From positions 64,048 to 128,047 of the forward strand of contig CAWEUD010000005.1 in the NCBI GenBank assembly GCA_963812115.1: a stretch of 64,000 nt of DNA. Direction: 5' to 3'. The notes under the pieces were generated by a model. It saw nothing but the letters and a program-made list of their open reading frames with translations, was not told the origin of the DNA and did not search any database. Positions 57,844 to 64,000 of this stretch are shown here, in pieces (position 1 is the first letter of the stretch; the number at the start of each line of letters is the position of its first letter). This stretch comes from an uncultured Chloroflexia bacterium. GTDB taxonomy: Bacteria; Chloroflexota; Limnocylindria; QHBO01. Made by a program: the position numbers and the translations under genes.

Positions 57844-59547
57844 ATGCGCCTCTCCAAGCTCTTCTTCGCAAGCCTGCGCAACGATCCGGCCGAGGCCGAG
57901 ATGGCCAGCCACAAGCTGCTCGTGCGCGCCGGGTACGTCCGACAGCTCGGGGCCGGGATCTACTCGCTCCTGCCGCTCGGCTTCCGCGTGCAGCAGCGCA
58001 TCGAGCAGGTGATCCGCGAAGAGATGGACGCCATCGGCGGCCAGGAGATGGAGATGCCCGTGGTGCACCCCGCCGACCTGTGGCGCGAGTCGGGGCGCTA
58101 TCAGAAGATCGGCCCGGAGATGGTGCGGTTCCAGGACCGTGGCGGACGCGACATGGTGCTGGCCATGACCCACGAGGAGGTGGTCGCCGACCTGCTGCGC
58201 GACGTGGTCAAGTCGTACCGGCAGCTGCCGGCCATCGTCTACCACTTCCAGACGAAGTTCCGCGACGAGCCGCGCTCGCGCGGCGGCCTGATCCGCGTCC
58301 GCGAGTTCGTGATGAAGGACTCGTACACCCTCGATCCCGACGAGGAGAGCCTCGAGCGATCCTACCGGGCGCACTACGACGCCTACACCAGGATCTTCCA
58401 GCGCCTGGGCCTCGAGACGGTCGTCGTCGGCGCCGATGTCGGCATCATGGGCGGCAGCGGCGCACACGAGTTCATGGTGCTGAACGAACACGGGGAGGAC
58501 ACGCTCGTCCTCTGTCCCAACGACGACTACGCCGCGAACCAGCAGATCGCGCAGGTCCGCAAGCCGGAGCCCTCGGCGGAGGAGCCGGTGCCGACCGAGG
58601 AGGTCGCCACGCCCGAGACGCCGACGATCGCGTCGCTCGCCGAGCTCCTGCGCGTCGGCACCGATCGCACGGCCAAGGCGACCTTCTTCGTCACCGGCGA
58701 CGGACGCCTCATCACCGCCATCGTGCGCGGCGACTTCGAGGTCAACGAGACGAAGCTGGCCAACGCGGTGAAGGCGGTGGGCGGCCTGCGCCCGGCGCAG
58801 GTCGAGGAGATCAAGGCCGCCGGCATGGAGCCCGGCTACGCGTCGCCCATCGGCGCCCACGACACGACCGTCGTGGTGGACGATCTGGTGGCATCGGAAC
58901 CCGGTCTCGTGGCGGGCGCGAACCGGCATGGCTACCACCTGCGCAACGTGCGGGTGGGGCGCGACTTCACGGCAGACCTGGTCGTTGACATCGCCAACGC
59001 CCGCGAGGGCGATCCCTGCCCGGTGTGCGGCGCGCCGATCGTCCTGCGCAACGGGATCGAGGTGGGCAACATCTTCAAGCTCGGCACCGACTTCACGGAG
59101 AAGCTCGACGCCACGTACCTCGCCGAGGACGGGACGCGGCGCCACATCGTGATGGGCAGCTACGGGATCGGCCTGGGACGGGCCATGGCGTGCATCGTCG
59201 AGGCGCACCACGACGACAAGGGCATCGCCTGGCCACCGTCCGTGGCGCCGTACCGCGCCCACCTCGTATCGCTCAGTGCATCCAAGGACGCGGCCGTCCT
59301 CGAGGCGGCGGAGGGTCTCTACCAGCGCCTGACCGATGCCGGGATCGACGTGCTGTACGACGACCGCGACGACTCGCCCGGCGTCAAGCTGACCGATGCG
59401 GAGCTCCTTGGCATGCCCCTCATCGTCACCATCTCGCCTCGCTCCCTGGCGGCCGGCGGCGCGGAGGTGACGGAGCGCGCCTCCGGGGAACGCACGGTCG
59501 TTCCCATCGCCGACGTCGAGGCCCGGCTCACCACGCAGCCGCACTGA
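57844..59547 (+). CDS. proS: Prolyl-tRNA synthetase (bacterial type with insertion editing domain)
   Basis: 'MRLSKLF', 'GIYSLLPLG', 'QTKFRDEPRSRGGLIRVREFVMKDSY', 'IEVGNIFKLG', 'MGSYGIGLGR'. Confidence 0.97.
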   Translation: MRLSKLFFASLRNDPAEAEMASHKLLVRAGYVRQLGAGIYSLLPLGFRVQQRIEQVIREEMDAIGGQEMEMPVVHPADLWRESGRYQKIGPEMVRFQDRGGRDMVLAMTHEEVVADLLRDVVKSYRQLPAIVYHFQTKFRDEPRSRGGLIRVREFVMKDSYTLDPDEESLERSYRAHYDAYTRIFQRLGLETVVVGADVGIMGGSGAHEFMVLNEHGEDTLVLCPNDDYAANQQIAQVRKPEPSAEEPVPTEEVATPETPTIASLAELLRVGTDRTAKATFFVTGDGRLITAIVRGDFEVNETKLANAVKAVGGLRPAQVEEIKAAGMEPGYASPIGAHDTTVVVDDLVASEPGLVAGANRHGYHLRNVRVGRDFTADLVVDIANAREGDPCPVCGAPIVLRNGIEVGNIFKLGTDFTEKLDATYLAEDGTRRHIVMGSYGIGLGRAMACIVEAHHDDKGIAWPPSVAPYRAHLVSLSASKDAAVLEAAEGLYQRLTDAGIDVLYDDRDDSPGVKLTDAELLGMPLIVTISPRSLAAGGAEVTERASGERTVVPIADVEARLTTQPH

Positions 59548-59576
59548 GCCGCCACCCAGCCGCGGTCCCGTCGTAC

Positions 59577-61565
59577 ATGACCGACGTCACCGGGCACGAC
59601 TGGAGCGAAGCGCACCTGGCTATCTTGGCGCGCGTGTTCGAGACGTTCGTTCCGGGAACCGATGCCGATGCGCCGCGGCGCGCGCGCCTCGCAGCGGAGA
59701 CGCTGGTCGCCTCCGCCGACCACGACGAGCTGCGCCTGCTGCGCCTGGCCCTCCGGCTCATTGAGCTGCCGCCGGTCCCCGGGCTGTTCGCCCGCCGCTG
59801 GGGTGCCTTCTCGAGCCTTGACCGGGAGGGTCGCGAAGCGGTCATGCGGTCGTGGTCGACCAGTCCCATCGGCCGCCTGCGGACCACCTTCCAGGTGCTG
59901 AAGCGGCTCGCGCTCTTCACCGCCTACGCCGACGAAGGTGACGGGTCGGGGCCAACGAATGCGCTCTGGGAGGGCATCGGCTACGTGGCACCGAAGCCGA
60001 TGAGCTCACCCGCTCCCGCGGTCGCGCCACTGGACGTCGACCGTCGACCCGGCGAACTCCTGGAGCTGGACACCGATGTCGTCGTCGTCGGGTCCGGCGC
60101 CGGTGGGGGCGTCGTCGCCGCGCGGATCGCGTCGGCGGGACATGCCGTGCTGGTGCTGGAGCAGGGCCCATCGGCAGACGAGGCCACGCTGCCACGCACC
60201 GAGGGGGCAGCCTTCCGGGAGCTCTTCCTGGACCGCGGCACGACCGCCACCGCAGACCTGGCGGTCGCCATCCTCGCCGGATCGGTGGTCGGTGGCGGGA
60301 CGACGATCAACTGGACCACCAGCCTGGAGCCACCCGACTGGCTCCGCGCCGGTTGGGCGCGGACGCACGGCCTGGCCGGTTTCGACGGCGCCGAGACCGA
60401 TGCCGACCTCGCCCGCCTGCGCGCCGAGCTGGACCTGCAGCCGCCAACGGTCATGCCACCCAAGGACCGACTGATCCTGGACGGCGCCGCCGCCCTGGAC
60501 TGGGAGGCGGCACCGACTGAGCGCAACGCCGGACCATGCGTCGACTGCGGCGGCTGCACGTTCGGCTGCCGGCAGGGCAGCAAGCGATCCGGCCCGCGCA
60601 CGCACCTGGCCGCCGCATGCCGGGTCGGCGCGCGCGTCCTGGCCGGCGCCGTGGTCGAGCGCGTCGAGCTGCGGGGCGGCGCGGCGGTCGGCGTCGTCGG
60701 CCGGCTCGTGGCCGACGACACGCAGGCGGGGCGACCTTTCCGCGTCCGGGCGCGGTCGGTGGTGGTCGCCTGCGGCGCCCTGCGCACCCCGCTCGTCCTG
60801 CAGCGCAGCGGCATCGAGCACCCGGCCGTCGGACGCTACCTGCGGCTGCACCCGGTGGTCGCCGTCGCCGCGCGAATGCGGTCACCCGTCGAGATGTGGG
60901 CCGGTCCCACGCAGGCCGCGCGATCGCTGGAGCACCTGCGTCCCGAAGGCGGTTTCGTCATCGAATCGGCCCCGGCGCACCCGGGGCTGATCGCGTCCTC
61001 CCTGCCGTGGGAGAGCGGGCATGCGCACCGGGATCTCATGGCGGAGGTCCGGCACTATGCGCCCCTCATCGGGATCGTCCACGAGACCGGCTCGGGCACC
61101 GTGGGCTGGTCGAGCGGCGGCCACCCGCGGATCACGTACCGCCTCGCCGCCGACGACGCGGACACCGCCAGGCACGCCCTCTTCGAACTCGCCCGACTCG
61201 GCCGTGCCGGAGGCGCGGAGCGGCTGCGCGTCCTGGCCACGCCCTCGCCGGCGTGGGCGATCGGCGACGGGCAGGACGGCTTCGAGGAGCTGCTGACCCG
61301 CATCGCCACCATGTCGCTGGCGCCGAACCGGCTGACGCTCTTCAGCGCCCACCAGATGGGCACCGCGCGCGCAGGCAGCAATGCGCGGGAGCATGCGTGC
61401 GATCCGTACGGTCGGGTGCGGGACGGCGCCGGCGGCGTGATCTCCCGCCTCCACGTTGCTGACGCTGCGCTCTTTCCCACCTCGTCGGGCGTCAACCCGA
61501 TGCTGACCGTCATGGCCCTCGCCGAGCGATCCGCGCGCACCGTCCTGGCCGACCTGCCCGCGTAG
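59577..61565 (+). CDS. GMC oxidoreductase (long-chain alcohol oxidase-like)
   Basis: 'VVVVGSGAGG', 'GGGTTINW', 'CVDCGGCTFGC', 'SAHQMGTAR', 'SSGVNPMLT'. Confidence 0.9.
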   Translation: MTDVTGHDWSEAHLAILARVFETFVPGTDADAPRRARLAAETLVASADHDELRLLRLALRLIELPPVPGLFARRWGAFSSLDREGREAVMRSWSTSPIGRLRTTFQVLKRLALFTAYADEGDGSGPTNALWEGIGYVAPKPMSSPAPAVAPLDVDRRPGELLELDTDVVVVGSGAGGGVVAARIASAGHAVLVLEQGPSADEATLPRTEGAAFRELFLDRGTTATADLAVAILAGSVVGGGTTINWTTSLEPPDWLRAGWARTHGLAGFDGAETDADLARLRAELDLQPPTVMPPKDRLILDGAAALDWEAAPTERNAGPCVDCGGCTFGCRQGSKRSGPRTHLAAACRVGARVLAGAVVERVELRGGAAVGVVGRLVADDTQAGRPFRVRARSVVVACGALRTPLVLQRSGIEHPAVGRYLRLHPVVAVAARMRSPVEMWAGPTQAARSLEHLRPEGGFVIESAPAHPGLIASSLPWESGHAHRDLMAEVRHYAPLIGIVHETGSGTVGWSSGGHPRITYRLAADDADTARHALFELARLGRAGGAERLRVLATPSPAWAIGDGQDGFEELLTRIATMSLAPNRLTLFSAHQMGTARAGSNAREHACDPYGRVRDGAGGVISRLHVADAALFPTSSGVNPMLTVMALAERSARTVLADLPA

Positions 61566-61570
61566 CCGAG

Positions 61571-61604
61571 AATAGTTGTCGCATAACAACTATTGCATTA
61601 TGCT
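61571..61604 (+). promoter_or_regulatory. Palindromic MarR-type operator overlapping the promoter
   Basis: AATAGTTGT-cgcata-ACAACTATT (perfect 9-bp IR, 61571-61594); TATGCT -10 at 61599-61604, 6 nt before ATG61611. Confidence 0.8.
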
Positions 61605-61610
61605 ACGCAA

Positions 61611-62057
61611 ATGCCCAACCGCCGCCTGCTCGATGCGCTCGAGCACCTCGCCGTCGCGACCGTCGGGCTGACCGCCGCGGCCCTCGGCGAGACCGCGGAG
61701 GGCCAGGATCTCACCCTCTCCCAGTGGCGCGCGCTGGTCGTGCTGGCGCAGGGCGACGGGCTGCATGTCGGCGACCTGGCCGATCAGCTCGGCGTCTCCC
61801 TGCCGAGCGCGAGCCGCCTGGTGCGCCGCCTCGAGAAGCGAGGGCTGGTCTCCGCGGAGCGGGACGAGGACGACCGCAGGGCCACGGTGCTCCACCTCCA
61901 GCCGCTGGGCATGGACGCACACCGGGCGGTGACGGCTGCACGGCGACGACGCATCTCGCGGGCGTTGGCGGCGCGGGCCGAGACCCTTCCGGAAGGTTCT
62001 GCGGCTGCGCTCCAGGCGCTGGCCGATGCCCTCGGCGGGGGTGAGGATGGCCGCTGA
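61611..62057 (+). CDS. MarR-family regulator
   Basis: 'LTLSQWRAL', 'DLADQLGVSLPSASRLVRRLEKRGLV', 'DDRRA'. Confidence 0.92.
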   Translation: MPNRRLLDALEHLAVATVGLTAAALGETAEGQDLTLSQWRALVVLAQGDGLHVGDLADQLGVSLPSASRLVRRLEKRGLVSAERDEDDRRATVLHLQPLGMDAHRAVTAARRRRISRALAARAETLPEGSAAALQALADALGGGEDGR

Positions 62058-64000
62058 CCGACGTCCCTCCCTGCCTCGTCACCTCGCGCTGCGCGAGACC
62101 ATCCGCAACGCTCCCTACCTGCGTAAGTGGGTGGTGCTCGGCGCGCTGATCGGGGTCATCGGCGGCCTGGGCGCCATCACGTTCTCCGCGGCGCTCGACC
62201 TGGGAACCCACCTCTTCCTCGGCAACGTGGCCGGCTACCTGCCGCCGACACCGGTCGGCGAGGGCGGGCTTCCGGTCACCGATGCCGCCCGGCCGTGGCT
62301 GATCCCGCTGGTGGTCGCGGCCGGCGGCCTCGTCGCCGGGTTCATCGTCTTCCGCTGGGCGCCCGAGGCGGAGGGCCACGGGACCGATGCGGCCATCGCC
62401 GCCTACCACCACCACCCGCGCCGGATCCGCGGGCGGATCCCGCTCATCAAGCTCGTCGCCTCAGCGGTCACCATCGGCTCCGGGGGTTCGGGCGGTCGCG
62501 AGGGGCCGACCGCACAGATCAGCGCCGGTTTCGGCTCCTTCCTCAGCCGCGCGCTCGACCTCGAAGCGCGCGACGCCCGGATCGCGGTGGCCGCCGGCAT
62601 GGCGGCCGGCATCGGCGCGATCTTCCGCGCCCCGCTGGGTGGCGCCATCCTCGGCGCCGAGATCCTCTACCGCGACGACGTGGAGTCCGAGGCGCTGGTG
62701 CCCGCCTTCATTGCGAGCATCGTCGCCTACTCCATCTTCGGCGCGGCGGTCGGATTCGAGCCGATCTTCGGCGCCCAGGGCGCCACCTTCGGCGATCCGC
62801 GCCAGCTCGGCTACTACGCCGTCATCGGCCTGGCGGCGGGCGTGGTGGGGCGCGTCTACATCCGCGTCTTCTACGGGCTGACGGCCTGGTTCCGGTCGCT
62901 GCGGTTGCCGCCGATGCTGCGCCCGGCTGCAGCAGGGCTGGCCGTCGGCGGCCTGGGGCTGCTCATCCCCGGCGTGCTCGGGACCGGGTACGGCTGGGTC
63001 CAGATCGTGATGGACCAGCGCGTCTTCGACCTGCCCCTCTGGATCATCCTGGCCCTGCCCTTCGCCAAGATCCTGGCGACCTCGCTGACCATCGGCTCGG
63101 GCGGATCGGGTGGCATCTTCGGACCCGGGATGGTCGTGGGTGGGCTGCTGGGTGCCGGGATCTGGCGCCTGCTCGATGGCGTTGCTCCGGGCCTGCCGCT
63201 CGCACCGGCGCCATTCGTCATCGTGGCCATGATGGCGCTCTTCGGCAGCATCGCCCACGCGCCGCTGGCGGTGATGCTCATGGTCGCGGAGATGACCGGC
63301 AATCTCGGCATGCTGGCCCCGGCCATGATCGCGGTGGGGCTGGCTACGGTGGTGGTCGGCGAGAAGTCGATCTACGCCAGCCAGCTCGGCAACCGTTCGG
63401 AGTCGCCCGCGCACCGCTTCCGGTTCGCCACGCCGCTCCTCGCCAGCATCGGCGCCGCGGAGGCGATGCGGACGCCGCGGGTGGTGCTGGGTCCGGACCA
63501 GCGCGCCGACGATGCGGTCGCCGCCCTGGAGCGCGTCCACGCCCCGGGGGCACCGGTCGTGGAGGAGGGCAAGCTCGTGGGCGTGGCGACCTACGGCGAT
63601 CTGCGTGACGCACCGCCCGACACCCTGGTGCGCGACGTGGCAGACCCGTCATGGCCCGCGGTCGACGAACGCGACGGCCTGGACGAGGCGCTCGAGGCAC
63701 TGACCACGCGGCGCGCTTCGTGGGTGCCGGTGATCCGCGACGAGCGATTCACCGGGATCCTCGGCGCTCGCGACCTCCTCAACCTCTACAAGAGCGCGCG
63801 CAAGGCGAACATCCGGCGCCTCAGCGACCTGGCCGACCAGACGATCACGATCGAGGCAACCGTGGCGCCCGGCTCGCGGCTGGCCGGGCGGGAGGTGAAG
63901 GCGGTCGACTGGCCGCGGAACGCCGTCCTCGTGGCGGTGCGGAGGGAGGACGACCTGCTGGTGCCACGCGGCGACCTCCTACTGCGACCGGCGGACCGGA
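62047..64000 (+). CDS. ClC chloride channel/antiporter with CBS pair and TrkA-C domain (3' truncated)
   Basis: Hand-translated open frame from ATG62047: 'EAEGHGTD', 'GSGGSGGREGPT', 'FRAPLGG', 'GGIFGP', 'SIY', CBS-like segments, 'GSRLAG..VAVRR..LVPRGD'. Confidence 0.92.
   Translation, partial: MAADRRPSLPRHLALRETIRNAPYLRKWVVLGALIGVIGGLGAITFSAALDLGTHLFLGNVAGYLPPTPVGEGGLPVTDAARPWLIPLVVAAGGLVAGFIVFRWAPEAEGHGTDAAIAAYHHHPRRIRGRIPLIKLVASAVTIGSGGSGGREGPTAQISAGFGSFLSRALDLEARDARIAVAAGMAAGIGAIFRAPLGGAILGAEILYRDDVESEALVPAFIASIVAYSIFGAAVGFEPIFGAQGATFGDPRQLGYYAVIGLAAGVVGRVYIRVFYGLTAWFRSLRLPPMLRPAAAGLAVGGLGLLIPGVLGTGYGWVQIVMDQRVFDLPLWIILALPFAKILATSLTIGSGGSGGIFGPGMVVGGLLGAGIWRLLDGVAPGLPLAPAPFVIVAMMALFGSIAHAPLAVMLMVAEMTGNLGMLAPAMIAVGLATVVVGEKSIYASQLGNRSESPAHRFRFATPLLASIGAAEAMRTPRVVLGPDQRADDAVAALERVHAPGAPVVEEGKLVGVATYGDLRDAPPDTLVRDVADPSWPAVDERDGLDEALEALTTRRASWVPVIRDERFTGILGARDLLNLYKSARKANIRRLSDLADQTITIEATVAPGSRLAGREVKAVDWPRNAVLVAVRREDDLLVPRGDLLLRPADR

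Noticed and set aside
62047-64000. CLC-F fluoride exporter
   Set aside because: It has GREGP and GGIFGP, not the GNNLI/GMGLI, GREGT and GEVTP signatures.

Overview
GC-rich (roughly 70% by eye), very gene-dense bacterial chromosomal segment, mostly metabolic and cell-envelope genes. F420-type enzymes, Pro/Thr-rich lipoproteins, an ECF42 module and frequent leaderless-type promoters fit Chloroflexota (Limnocylindria-like) or Actinomycetota; this is inference only. Main blocks: polyamine ABC/aminotransferase operon (1-5.8 kb); secretion-ATPase-like + AAA+ + VWA + LLM operon (7-12.4 kb); two OmpR/BaeS-type two-component systems; F420-dependent oxidoreductases; a paaFGHJ-like CoA-thioester cluster with an Oah-like hydrolase fused to a Zn ribbon and a ferredoxin (22-31 kb); a degenerate GGDEF gene divergent from a PTPK-repeat surface protein; a TPR protein; a four-subunit 2-oxoacid:ferredoxin oxidoreductase whose beta subunit has an unexplained duplicated C-terminal module; a VanY-like peptidase with two degenerate CapA-like lipoproteins; YciI/ECF42; ArsR-trxA-MFS; a structured ~180-nt intergenic element; proS; a GMC oxidoreductase; MarR-ClC (truncated). 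At least 9 single-base frameshifts interrupt recognisable genes, most likely long-read consensus errors. No tRNA, rRNA, CRISPR array, transposase or integrase was recognised. All family calls come from motif recognition, not database searches.
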